Assembly (NCBI GenBank): GCA_016839705.1
Contig: JAEOTR010000023.1
Coordinates: forward strand, 1 to 64,000
Length of the DNA: 64,000 nt
Direction: 5' to 3'
From: Promethearchaeota archaeon
Lineage (GTDB): Archaea; Asgardarchaeota; Lokiarchaeia; Sigyniarchaeales; SOKP01
Part shown: piece after piece, positions 11,191 through 20,844 of the stretch
Layout of the letters: every line of letters begins with the position of its first letter
Position numbering within the stretch: position 1 is the first letter of the stretch
The notes under the pieces: generated by a model
Told to the model about the DNA's origin: nothing
The model's input: only the letters and a program-made list of their open reading frames with translations
The model's database searches: none
Made by a program: the position numbers and the translations under genes

Positions 11191-12441
11191 ATGACAAATT
11201 CGATAAGTTCCAAAATTGAAGAAGCGAATGAAGAAGCAGTCAAGAGGATACTATCAGCTGATTGTAACTTAGTTGATATTGAACCAGCTGGCAAAATTAT
11301 ACCCGGTTTTAAGAGTGATTTATTTACACATGCAGGACCACCAATTGAGTGGGAGAGGATGTGTCATACACAGAAATATGCAATTACAAATCTGATAAGG
11401 TATGAAGGATTAGCTGACACACCTGAAAAAGCTGCAAGACTAGCTGAAACCGGAGAAGTTACAATCGAACCCAACCACAACTACGATGCAGTTAGCGGAA
11501 TGTGCGGAGCTACATCGGCATCCCTTCCAGTTCTCGTGGTTAAGAATCCGGTACATGGTAACACTTCTTATTGCCTTCAACAAACAAGTTTGACAGCTTT
11601 CGGTAATAAGTATGAGACAATCAACGAGCTTGATTTTGTACGAAATACACTTGCACCAGTATTGAAAGCAACTATCAAAGAAGCGGGAGGGATTAACCTT
11701 AAAGAAATACTTGCAACCGGCATACAGATGGGTGATGAGCTTCATGGCAAGTTAGATGGTACTAGGAGTGTCTTTGTGAGTGGTCTTCTACCACATATTG
11801 TGAAGACAGATTTCGATAAAGATACCCTTGCTCAAGTTGGGGAGTACTTCAACACCAACCCAGGACGCTGGTACGGAGGAAACTTGATGATGGCATCTTG
11901 CAAGGCAATGATGGATCCAGCCAAGAACATCGAGTACAGTACAATAGTAACTGCAATGGCTAGAAATGGTGTGGAGTTTGGTATTCAAGTCAGCGGACTT
12001 GGGAATGAATGGTTCACTGGGCCTGCGGGGACAATAATTGGGTATACTTTCCCTGGATATCGACAAGAAGACTCTACATTAGACCTTGGAGATAGTGCCA
12101 TCTCAGAAACGAGAGGTTTTGGAGGGATGGCAGCACCAGCAGCGCCTGGTCACGCAAGATTCATAGGAAGAGATTTCAAAGACGCTATTGAGCGCACTAA
12201 ACAGATGTATGAAATCACCCAAACAGAGGACACTCTTTTTCAGATCCCTTATCTTGACTTCATTGGTGTTCCTGTGGGGATTGATATAAAAAAGGTTGTT
12301 GAAACAGGAATTTTACCTATTGTAAATACTGGTATGGCTCACAAGGACGGTGGCCATCCTATGATCGGAGGGGGTAGGGCTGACGCTCCAATGGAATGTT
12401 TTAAAGGAGCTTTTGTCGCCTTTGCTAAGAAGTATACATAG
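11191..12441 (+). CDS. DUF1116 protein (YlbE/YahG; oxamate carbamoyltransferase AllG-like)
   Basis: HAGPPI, MGDELH, TAMARNGVEFGI, DLGDSAISETRGFGG, NTGMAHK. Confidence 0.88.
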   Translation: MTNSISSKIEEANEEAVKRILSADCNLVDIEPAGKIIPGFKSDLFTHAGPPIEWERMCHTQKYAITNLIRYEGLADTPEKAARLAETGEVTIEPNHNYDAVSGMCGATSASLPVLVVKNPVHGNTSYCLQQTSLTAFGNKYETINELDFVRNTLAPVLKATIKEAGGINLKEILATGIQMGDELHGKLDGTRSVFVSGLLPHIVKTDFDKDTLAQVGEYFNTNPGRWYGGNLMMASCKAMMDPAKNIEYSTIVTAMARNGVEFGIQVSGLGNEWFTGPAGTIIGYTFPGYRQEDSTLDLGDSAISETRGFGGMAAPAAPGHARFIGRDFKDAIERTKQMYEITQTEDTLFQIPYLDFIGVPVGIDIKKVVETGILPIVNTGMAHKDGGHPMIGGGRADAPMECFKGAFVAFAKKYT

Positions 12442-12479
12442 TAAAACAACGATTGTGAACACAGAATGGCTGATTTTAT

Positions 12480-13733
12480 ATGGTGAAGGAACTTGAATAT
12501 AAAAAAATAAAAACTGAAAAAAAACTTTTTTTTAAATACCAAAGTTACTTATCTTATCCAATTGGATTGTTTTTGGCCATACTTGTCTTTTGTATCACCC
12601 TCTGGTTGTTGGGCTACGATCCTATCAGCGCTTTAGTATCAATACCTATCGGTGCTTTTGGTAATACCAATAGCCTTAGTGAAACGTTAATCCGTTTTAT
12701 TCCACTACTACTGACCGCAATGGCTTTCTTGATTGCTCTCAAAGCTCGATTCATGAATTTAGGTATCGAGGGGCAACTCTACATTGGTGCGCTTTTAGCG
12801 TATTTGGTTGGTGCTAGGATGGAGATAGTACCTAGTTTTATCGCAATACCATTGATATTTATTGCAGGTTTCATAGGAGGAGTGTTATGGTTGGTAATCC
12901 CACTTTTCATGAAGACCAAGCTGGGAGTTAACGAAATATTTCCAACTGTCGTTATGAACTTCATTGCGATGTTTGTAATCGCTTGGCTCACTAATGGGCC
13001 GCTCAGAGATCCAGCTTCGTTTAATCCAAGAACACCTTTCCTACCAGAGTCAACTTGGATGCCTTTGATAGATCCAATATTTATCATTTATGTTTTCATA
13101 TCTATATTTGGATTAGCAGTTACAATTAAGATTTATCTAAAATGGAAAGAAAGAAAAGTGCATACTACACGATATTTAGCATTATTTTTTACATTTCTTA
13201 CTCTTTCAATTATTACTTTAAGCATAGGATTAATAGAAGTAATAATCATCGGAGAGAATAGCGTATACAGGCTTTATATAGGTGTCTTTATAGTGGTCAT
13301 TATAGCTTTGATTATCTATATAATTCTGTATAAAACAACAATTGGTTATAAAATTAGAGCTGTTGGACAAAATCCAAGGGCTTCCGAACATGGAGGGGTT
13401 GACGTAACTAGGGTTGTGATTACTGCAGGACTGCTAAGTGGGGGAATAGCTGGACTAGCAGGGTTTATGGAAGTATTTGGTGTACATCATTACTTGATTG
13501 GGGGATTTTCTCCTGGTTTTGGTTATATGGGAATAGCAGTAGCAGCTTTGGGAATCTTTCAACCTATTGCTGTAATTTTTGCGGCTTTATTCTTTGCAGT
13601 TCTACAAGTCGGGGGGGAATCAATGCAGCGGGGGGCAGGAATCCCCGTTGATATCATTTTCATCATGCAGGCAGTGCTAGTGCTCACTGTCTTGATAGTT
13701 AAAAAATGGATGACTACGAGGAATTCATCATGA
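12480..13733 (+). CDS. Nucleoside/sugar ABC transporter permease (NupB-like) with in-frame insertion
   Basis: NLGIEGQ, GVNEI, GYKIRAVGQNP, SGGIAGLAG, GYMGIAVA. Confidence 0.88.
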   Translation: MVKELEYKKIKTEKKLFFKYQSYLSYPIGLFLAILVFCITLWLLGYDPISALVSIPIGAFGNTNSLSETLIRFIPLLLTAMAFLIALKARFMNLGIEGQLYIGALLAYLVGARMEIVPSFIAIPLIFIAGFIGGVLWLVIPLFMKTKLGVNEIFPTVVMNFIAMFVIAWLTNGPLRDPASFNPRTPFLPESTWMPLIDPIFIIYVFISIFGLAVTIKIYLKWKERKVHTTRYLALFFTFLTLSIITLSIGLIEVIIIGENSVYRLYIGVFIVVIIALIIYIILYKTTIGYKIRAVGQNPRASEHGGVDVTRVVITAGLLSGGIAGLAGFMEVFGVHHYLIGGFSPGFGYMGIAVAALGIFQPIAVIFAALFFAVLQVGGESMQRGAGIPVDIIFIMQAVLVLTVLIVKKWMTTRNSS

Positions 13734-15049
13734 CAGATATTATTACATTGATCCTTGCAGCAGGTGTTTTACTCGCAGTTCCGATTCTCTTTGTTTCCAT
13801 TGGCGAGGTTTATAATGAGCGAGCAGGAGTAATCAACTTAGGACTCGAAGCAACAATCACGCTCGGTGCCTTCGTCGGATTGTGGGTAACTTTCAAAACT
13901 GGAAATTTCTTCTTAGGCACACTTGCAGCTATTGTTATGGGTGCAGGTGTTGGATTGATTCATAGCTTTACTTGTGTCAAAATGAGAGTCAATCAATTAA
14001 TAGCTGGATTGCTAATCCTGTCCTTAGCTGATGGTTTGGCTAACTTTCTTTATAGTGTTGTCACTAAAACTGCAGTTCCAATTGTTGCTACCCTACCCTC
14101 TATCTATATCCCTTTTCTGAGCGATATTCCAGTGCTTGGGGAGATTTTATTTCAACATAATGCATTTGTCTATCTCGCCTACTTCCTAGCGATTGTTTTC
14201 GGGTTGATCCTATACAAAACCACGTGGGGTCTCAAAATTAGAGCGGTTGGAGAGAATCCTGAAGCGTGTGATGCGGCTGGTATTAATGTTAACCTGATTA
14301 GACATCTTTGTGACATTTTTAGCGGGGCAATGGCAGGATTGGCTGGTGCATTTATGTCATTGGGATATCTAGGGCTCTATGATGGCGGTATTGCAGGAGG
14401 ACGTGGCTGGATCGCCATCATTGTTGTAATTTTTTCACGCTGGAGTCCATTCAGAGCCATTTTGGGTAGTCTGATATTTGGTTTAGGATATTCTGTAGCG
14501 GCTAATCTAATAGGATGGTATGGAGGTTTATTAGGCGTGCCTATTAGTGCTATTCTTATTCCGGTTATAATGTTTATTAGTGCTATTCTTATTCCGGTTT
14601 TAATGTTTCTTATTGGAGTAGCGATTACAAAAAGGCTCGCGGGTAAAAAAAGATGGAATGATAGTTTTAAAACAACTCTCATCATAAATCTTCTATGGTT
14701 TGTAATAAGCTTTATAATATCCTTGATTTTTAGTTTAGTACTTCCATCAGCAGGTTGGATTGGTTCAATTGTCGTCCTTATTATTAGCATAATTCTAGGG
14801 TCAATAATTGCTAGTAAAGTTTATGAAAAAGAATTTGGGGAGTCCTTAATTTTCGTTATTAAAATTCAAGTGATATTATTTATATTGACGATACTAATTG
14901 GTTTTATACTGGGATTTATTTTAGCGTCTGGGATATCGCCCTACTTAATCAATATTATGCCCTATCTTGTGGCCTTAGTAGTAATTGTACTATTTAGAGG
15001 AAAAACAAAAGCCCCATCTGCACTAACCGTCCCGTATTGGAGAAAATGA
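13706..15049 (+). CDS. Nucleoside/sugar ABC transporter permease (NupC-like) with in-frame insertion
   Basis: ERAGVINLGLE, GLKIRAVGENP, GRGWIA, PSALTVPY; start may be the later ATG (MTDII). Confidence 0.88.
   Translation: MDDYEEFIMTDIITLILAAGVLLAVPILFVSIGEVYNERAGVINLGLEATITLGAFVGLWVTFKTGNFFLGTLAAIVMGAGVGLIHSFTCVKMRVNQLIAGLLILSLADGLANFLYSVVTKTAVPIVATLPSIYIPFLSDIPVLGEILFQHNAFVYLAYFLAIVFGLILYKTTWGLKIRAVGENPEACDAAGINVNLIRHLCDIFSGAMAGLAGAFMSLGYLGLYDGGIAGGRGWIAIIVVIFSRWSPFRAILGSLIFGLGYSVAANLIGWYGGLLGVPISAILIPVIMFISAILIPVLMFLIGVAITKRLAGKKRWNDSFKTTLIINLLWFVISFIISLIFSLVLPSAGWIGSIVVLIISIILGSIIASKVYEKEFGESLIFVIKIQVILFILTILIGFILGFILASGISPYLINIMPYLVALVVIVLFRGKTKAPSALTVPYWRK
14542..14607 (+). repeat. Tandem 33-bp duplication (2 copies, 1 mismatch), in frame
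   Basis: tattagtgctattcttattccggtt(a/t)taatgtt x2, encoding ISAILIPV(I/L)MF x2. Confidence 0.9.
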
Positions 15050-15061
15050 AGGTATTATAAT

Positions 15062-16645
15062 ATGACTGTAACTGTAATTATTCGCAAAAACACGTATCGA
15101 GACTCTGTGATTCTAATGAAACTATCTAACAAAGTTGCTGAGCTCGATGGGGTGTTACAAGCTGGTGTTATCATGGGCACACCTACCAACAAGAAATTTT
15201 TGAAAGCCTTGAATCTTCTAACCGAAGATGCCAGACAGGCAAGTCCAAACGATCTAGTGATAGCTCTAGATACTCAAGATGAAAAGAGCATGGCTCATGC
15301 GCTCTCTGAAGTTGACAGGCTCCTTACAACTCGAGTTTCAAAAGATGAGACCAAAATCGTCCCCAAGACACTTGATTCCGCACTTAGAGAGATACCTGAC
15401 GCAAATTTAGTTATTATTTCAGTACCGGGCATATATGCCAAAAGAGAAGCGTCGAAAGCCCTTAAAAAAGGACTTAATGTCTTCATCTTCAGCAGTAATG
15501 TATCTCTTGAAGATGAATTAGAGCTCAAACAATTAGGTCTGGAAAAAGGTCTCTTGGTCATGGGTCCTGACTGTGGAACTGCAATAATCAATAATGTAGT
15601 CTTAGGCTTTGGGAATGTCGTTAATCAAGGGAATATTGGACTAGTAGCAGCAGCTGGAACAGGATTGCAACAGGTTTCCACTCTGATACATAATGAAGGT
15701 TTTGGTATATCCCAAGCAATTGGAACCGGTGGGAATGACCTCTCCAAAACTGTAGGAGGCATCATGATGATTGAAGGCATAAAGCGTTTGGAGCAAGATG
15801 ATGAAACCAAAGTTATCGTTCTCATTTCTAAACCACCCAATCAAGAGATTAGTGAAAGAGTACTAAAAATCGCACATCAATCCAATAAGCCAGTAGTAGT
15901 AAATTTTCTTGGTGGTGATATTGAAAATATTGAAAGTCAAGGTTATACTGCCGCCAAAACATTAGAAGATGCAGCCACCACAGCTTGTGCTCTTGTTCAA
16001 GGAAAACAAGCAATAAAAAATATATTTACTGCATCAAGAGAAGAAATTCTTTCTATCGCCCAATCAGAATGGGATAGATTGACTTCTAATCAGAACTTCG
16101 TACGGGGTCTTTATTCAGGTGGAACTCTCTCCTATGAAGCGTTAATTCTTATGACACCTCTGCTCGAAGAGATTTACTCCAATTCTCCACTGAAACCTCA
16201 TCTGAAGCTAGAAAATTCAACTTTAAGCAAGAAACATACTTGTGTGGACATGGGTGCCGAAGAATTCGTAATTGGAAGACCACACCCAATGATTGATTAC
16301 ACACTCCGTAATCAAAGAATAATCAAAGAAGGAAATGACGCTGAGACAGCTGTTATTCTCTTGGATGTCGTCCTAGGGTATGGATCTCACGATAATCCCG
16401 CAGCCGAACTCATATCACCCATACAAGAAGTAAAAGCTAATGCTGAACGTAACGGGAGATACTTGTCTGTCGTGGCTTCCATCGTGGGTACATCCCTTGA
16501 TCATCAAGAATATCATAAACAATGTAAACTTCTGGAGGATGTAGGTGTGATGCTTATGCCTAGTAACGCACAAGCAGCCAGATTGGCGGCATTGATTGCG
16601 ACTAGAGGTGCTATACAAGATAAACTTTTTGAGGAGGTGCTCTAA
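15062..16645 (+). CDS. fdrA: FdrA/YahF protein (oxamate carbamoyltransferase AllF-like)
   Basis: YRDSVILM, ISVPG, MGPDCGT, IGTGGNDL, GLYSGGTL, GRPHPMID, LDVVLGYG. Confidence 0.92.
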   Translation: MTVTVIIRKNTYRDSVILMKLSNKVAELDGVLQAGVIMGTPTNKKFLKALNLLTEDARQASPNDLVIALDTQDEKSMAHALSEVDRLLTTRVSKDETKIVPKTLDSALREIPDANLVIISVPGIYAKREASKALKKGLNVFIFSSNVSLEDELELKQLGLEKGLLVMGPDCGTAIINNVVLGFGNVVNQGNIGLVAAAGTGLQQVSTLIHNEGFGISQAIGTGGNDLSKTVGGIMMIEGIKRLEQDDETKVIVLISKPPNQEISERVLKIAHQSNKPVVVNFLGGDIENIESQGYTAAKTLEDAATTACALVQGKQAIKNIFTASREEILSIAQSEWDRLTSNQNFVRGLYSGGTLSYEALILMTPLLEEIYSNSPLKPHLKLENSTLSKKHTCVDMGAEEFVIGRPHPMIDYTLRNQRIIKEGNDAETAVILLDVVLGYGSHDNPAAELISPIQEVKANAERNGRYLSVVASIVGTSLDHQEYHKQCKLLEDVGVMLMPSNAQAARLAALIATRGAIQDKLFEEVL

Positions 16646-16815
16646 TGACTGAGAAAGAAAAATTGTTAAACAACGAACTCAAGATCATCAATATAGGAAT
16701 CGAAATGTTTGCTGATGATTTGGAGAAACAAAATGTGGATGTAATCCACGTAAATTGGCGACCTCCTGCTGGAGGAGACCTTGATATCCTCAAATTCCTT
16801 GAAAAATTGGAATAA
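16645..16815 (+). CDS. Small FdrA-associated protein (56 aa), not in ORF track
   Basis: MTEKEKLLNNELKIINIGIEMFADDLEKQNVDVIHVNWRPPAGGDLDILKFLEKLE; INIG...WRPPAGG signature; TAATG overlap with fdrA; GGAGG SD. Confidence 0.85.
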   Translation: MTEKEKLLNNELKIINIGIEMFADDLEKQNVDVIHVNWRPPAGGDLDILKFLEKLE

Positions 16816-16858
16816 TTTTTTTTTACGTGTTCAACAAAGTCCGTAGAAGAATAAAACA

Positions 16859-17764
16859 ATGAAAAAATTAATTATTGCATTGGGTGGTAACGCCTTCATC
16901 CAAAAAGGCCAAGTAGGCACAGCAGAAGAGCAACTTGCAAATATTCGAAAACCTATTGCTTCAATTGCCGAACTCTCGAAAAAATTCCGCATCGTTATAA
17001 CTCATGGTAATGGACCTCAATCGGGGGCTTTACTTTTACAACAAGAAGCATGTGATAAGGTCCCAAAAATGCCGTTATCCATCATCGTTGCGCAGACACA
17101 AGGTCAAATTGGGTACATGATTGAATCCACTTTGGACGAAGAGTTAATGCGCCTAGGTATATCCGATGAAAAACTTTTTCTCACGGTACTTACTTATACC
17201 TCGGTAAAAAAAGATGATCCCGCATTTGAGAACCCTTCAAAACCCGTTGGACCTGCTTATCCAGATTCCCGTCCGGGATTTGTCAACACGTCACGAGGGT
17301 GGCGTCGAGTGGTACCATCACCGAAACCCCATAAAATTTACCAATGGCGAGAAATTAAGCATTTAATGGAAGAAGGGTTTATTATCATCGCATGTGGCGG
17401 GGGAGGAATCCCTGTGTTTAAAAAAGATAAACGACTACACGAAGTCGAAGTGGTCATTGATAAAGATTTAGCAACCGCCAAACTCGGGGAACAGATCGGG
17501 GCCGAAATCCTCTTGATAGCCACAGATGTAGAAAAAGTTGCCATTAATTTCATGCAACCTGATGAGAAATTTGTCGATTCATTAACCATCTCCGAAGCAA
17601 CAATTTTTTTGGACGAAGGGCAATTTCCAAAAGGAAGTATGGGACCGAAAGTCCAAGCGTGTATCAATTTTATTGAACAAGGCGGCGCTCAAGCGATCAT
17701 TACGTCGATTGATCATATCCATGATGCCCTCCTTGGAAAGACCGGTACACATTTTAAAAAATAA
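16859..17764 (+). CDS. arcC: Carbamate kinase
   Basis: IALGGNA, THGNGPQ, PSKPVGP, WRRVVPSP, GGGGIPV, VIDKD, GSMGPK. Confidence 0.95.
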   Translation: MKKLIIALGGNAFIQKGQVGTAEEQLANIRKPIASIAELSKKFRIVITHGNGPQSGALLLQQEACDKVPKMPLSIIVAQTQGQIGYMIESTLDEELMRLGISDEKLFLTVLTYTSVKKDDPAFENPSKPVGPAYPDSRPGFVNTSRGWRRVVPSPKPHKIYQWREIKHLMEEGFIIIACGGGGIPVFKKDKRLHEVEVVIDKDLATAKLGEQIGAEILLIATDVEKVAINFMQPDEKFVDSLTISEATIFLDEGQFPKGSMGPKVQACINFIEQGGAQAIITSIDHIHDALLGKTGTHFKK

Positions 17765-17886
17765 TTTTTTCTCATTAATAAAACTGGATTATTTTGATCT
17801 GTACCTCTGATAAATATCCATTATTTTAAATCACCAAGTGTAATCTCTTCCAAAAGAAATGGTGATATCAATTACCAACCTCTTTC

Positions 17887-18948
17887 TTATGGGATTGATG
17901 GATTAAATTTTTGAAATTTAATCTCTTGAAAAATACCCTCATTTTTATTGCTATTATAGCATATGTCGATTAGCATTAAATGTGAACCTAAGATGACTCC
18001 AAACACAGTATCTGTGCCAGATGTACCACCATAATCCAAGACATTTCTAACAGAATTCTCTAACTCTCTTTGTCTTGAAGTTAATAAATTCTCCATAAGA
18101 GAGGCGACAGCTTCATTTACTTTTCCAACTGAAGCTTCTCTTAAGAACTCTTCGCTTATAATTGTAGTCCTCCCCGAAATAATTGATACAATATCCTTAT
18201 TGATTTTCTTGACATCGATACTCGTTTCATTAAAGTTTTCTGAAAAATACAACATACTAATCATTAATCCGAGAAGCATATCATCAGCAGCAGGAGTTAA
18301 TCCTGGACCCAATCCTACAAGACGTTTGGTAATTCGTATTATGTCATGAGAATGACCAGATTTTATTGCTTTGAGCATTGAGGAAATATAAGGTAATACC
18401 AAATGAGAAACAGAACCTAATTTCTCAGTTTTCGAATCTTTAAGGCCATTAATGTGTGTGAAAGGAATTAATTCACCTAAACCACTGAGTTGATCAGAAG
18501 CAAGGGCAACATCTCTCATAATCTCTATGTTTCCCATAATTGTCTTAAGGGATTGCAGACTAGCTAGAAATTTTCTCTTTGGCTTCCATAGTTCAGTCAA
18601 CTGGGTTGATATCACAATAACATTCTCACCTATAACTATCGACTCACCGACTCGTGCTACGATATCACCCCTCTTTATCCCGATTGTTGACAAATTGATA
18701 TGATTAGGAATGTTTACAAGTATATTCAACGGTCCTTGTCCTACCTCTTGTCCAACCAAACTGATCAATCGGTTCTGCAATACAGTGATGTTGATTACAC
18801 GCTGGAATATACTATGTATCAGTCCAATTTTGCCTTGTATTTGAATCCTGTTATCAGCAGACAGACCTATTGATTGAGCATTTAAGTACAAAGTTTTAGC
18901 ATGATGACCTGAATTTGAACGATAATAGGGCGACTCCAAATCAGTCAT
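17887..18948 (-). CDS. DUF2877 protein (YlbF/YahE; AllH-like)
   Basis: LVGLGPGLTPAADD, RTTIIS, GGTSGTD motifs; context with fdrA and DUF1116. Confidence 0.88.
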   Translation of the reverse strand: MTDLESPYYRSNSGHHAKTLYLNAQSIGLSADNRIQIQGKIGLIHSIFQRVINITVLQNRLISLVGQEVGQGPLNILVNIPNHINLSTIGIKRGDIVARVGESIVIGENVIVISTQLTELWKPKRKFLASLQSLKTIMGNIEIMRDVALASDQLSGLGELIPFTHINGLKDSKTEKLGSVSHLVLPYISSMLKAIKSGHSHDIIRITKRLVGLGPGLTPAADDMLLGLMISMLYFSENFNETSIDVKKINKDIVSIISGRTTIISEEFLREASVGKVNEAVASLMENLLTSRQRELENSVRNVLDYGGTSGTDTVFGVILGSHLMLIDICYNSNKNEGIFQEIKFQKFNPSIP

Positions 18949-19033
18949 AGTGAATTGTCCTCATCTAATCTCAGTCCTCATCAATATTAACAAGGTTCTC
19001 CTATACCATGATCAAAATTTTCATCAGTGGACC

Positions 19034-20668
19034 CTATGCAACACCAGTCATCATCCGACCAATTTCATTGATCTTTGCATCAGCAGCAGGAACTATCCCT
19101 ACAATTTTACCCTCATATATGACTGCGATGCGATCACTCAGGGTCATAATTCTTTCTAAGTCCTCAGAGATGAGTAAAATGGCCACTTGTCTTTCTCTCT
19201 CCTCCAATATCTTTTTAGATATGAATTCTGTTGCTCCAACGTCTAATCCAGCTGTAGGTTGAGCGAGAATAAGCAATTTTGGATTTCTAGAGAGAACTTT
19301 TGCTAAGAGAATCTTCTGGAGGTTACCACCTGACAAATTTCTTACTGGAATATTAGGACTTGGTGTGTCAACGTCATATTCTTGGATAATTTTTTCTGCA
19401 TACTTTTTGATTTCTTCTTTATTCATGAACCATCGATGTGAAAATGGAGTCTTAGTATGGGACTCTAGAATCAAGTTTTCCGCGATAGAAAAATTCATCA
19501 GAAGACCAGTGCCTGCTCGATCCTCAGGGATGTCCCCTATACCTATTTCGATTAATTTCTTTGGGGTGTAATTGGTTACATCTTGCTTCAGAAAGTGAAT
19601 CGTGCCATCTGTAGATGGTCTCATACCAGAAAGTACATCTGCGAGCTCCTTCTGACCATTTCCTGAGACCCCTGCAATTCCAAGTATCTCACCCTCGTGA
19701 ATTGAGAAGGAAATACCCTTGAGGGCTTCTTGACCTTTGTCATTCATGGTTTTAAGACCCTGAACATCAAGAACAACCTTATCAGGTTTAATATCAACCC
19801 TCTCCTGTCCTGAATGGATCTCTCTTCCGATCATTTTTATCGAAAGGTCCTTTGGGTTAGTTAGATTGGTCTCAACTGTCTCAACAAAACGTCCACGTCT
19901 GAGGACTGTGACACGGTCACTTATGGCAAACACTTCGGGTAACTTATGAGTTATAAATACAACAGTTAACCCTTCTTTTACCATGAATTTCAGTGCCTTA
20001 AAGAAATTGTTTATTTCCAAAGGAGTGAGAACTGAGGTCGGTTCATCGAGAATAAGTATCTGTGCACCACGGTACAGAGTTTTTATTATCTCAACTCGTT
20101 GGCGAATACCCATTGGGAGCTGTTCTACCTTTGCTTTGGGGTCAACCTCTAGATTGTAGGTTTTTGAGAGCTCGATGATTTGTTTCTCGACTTCAGTGAG
20201 ATTCAATAGAGGTCCTTTGGAGGATTTGACCCCCAGAATAATATTCTCAGCAACTGTCATTGTCGGTATTAGTGTGAAGTGCTGGTGAACCATTCCAATT
20301 CCAATTGCAATGGCGTCCTTTGGCGATTTTAGGTGAACCGGGATTCCTTGAATTTTAATTTCACCTGAATCAAATCGATAGAGTCCGTATAAGATATTCA
20401 TCAAGGTTGTTTTGCCTGCACCGTTTTCTCCAAGCAAAGCATGGACCTCACATGCTTTCAGCTCAAAATTAATATTATCATTAGCTAACACACCTGGGAA
20501 TCGCTTTGTGATCCCCTGCATCTCTACTATTGATTCACCGGGTTCAATTTGCTTAATTTTAGTATGTTTGTTGTAATCGCTCATTTTCCTTAACTTTATC
20601 CTGTCCCAAAATCTCGAAACAACAGTTTTTATTCGAGTCATTTTTGTGTCATGTATCATTGCGATCAA
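19034..20668 (-). CDS. Nucleoside/sugar ABC transporter ATP-binding protein (two ABC domains, NupA-like)
   Basis: GENGAGKTT, ILDEPT, ITHKL, LSGGNLQK; true start probably downstream (MSDYNK). Confidence 0.93.
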   Translation of the reverse strand: MIAMIHDTKMTRIKTVVSRFWDRIKLRKMSDYNKHTKIKQIEPGESIVEMQGITKRFPGVLANDNINFELKACEVHALLGENGAGKTTLMNILYGLYRFDSGEIKIQGIPVHLKSPKDAIAIGIGMVHQHFTLIPTMTVAENIILGVKSSKGPLLNLTEVEKQIIELSKTYNLEVDPKAKVEQLPMGIRQRVEIIKTLYRGAQILILDEPTSVLTPLEINNFFKALKFMVKEGLTVVFITHKLPEVFAISDRVTVLRRGRFVETVETNLTNPKDLSIKMIGREIHSGQERVDIKPDKVVLDVQGLKTMNDKGQEALKGISFSIHEGEILGIAGVSGNGQKELADVLSGMRPSTDGTIHFLKQDVTNYTPKKLIEIGIGDIPEDRAGTGLLMNFSIAENLILESHTKTPFSHRWFMNKEEIKKYAEKIIQEYDVDTPSPNIPVRNLSGGNLQKILLAKVLSRNPKLLILAQPTAGLDVGATEFISKKILEERERQVAILLISEDLERIMTLSDRIAVIYEGKIVGIVPAADAKINEIGRMMTGVA

Positions 20669-20782
20669 TTAGTCTAATTTATCAGATAAAATTATCTAAA
20701 TGAAGTGAGTTTTTCTAAAAAAATAAATTTAACTTAGAAAAATAGAATCTTTTCCGATAATGGATATATTTTTTTTATTTTC

Positions 20783-20823
20783 TTTTTAAAAATCTATTTC
20801 TTTATGTATTAAAATTTAAATTA
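20783..20823 (+). repeat. 41-bp direct repeat, right island boundary; overlaps likely TATA region of the next gene
   Basis: tttttaaaaatctatttctttAtgtattaaaatttaaatta; ends 22 nt before ATG 20845. Confidence 0.9.
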
Positions 20824-20844
20824 TTTTGACATTATAATAATTCT

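Larger units (their letters stand above)
9380..20782. mobile_element. Putative horizontally acquired genomic island (nucleoside/purine uptake and catabolism), no integrase
   Basis: Flanked by 41-bp direct repeat; visibly more GC-rich than the flanks; functionally coherent gene set. Confidence 0.65.

Noticed and set aside
14542-14607. 33-bp repeat as a CRISPR repeat
   Set aside because: Two adjacent copies without a spacer, in frame inside a CDS; no cas genes.
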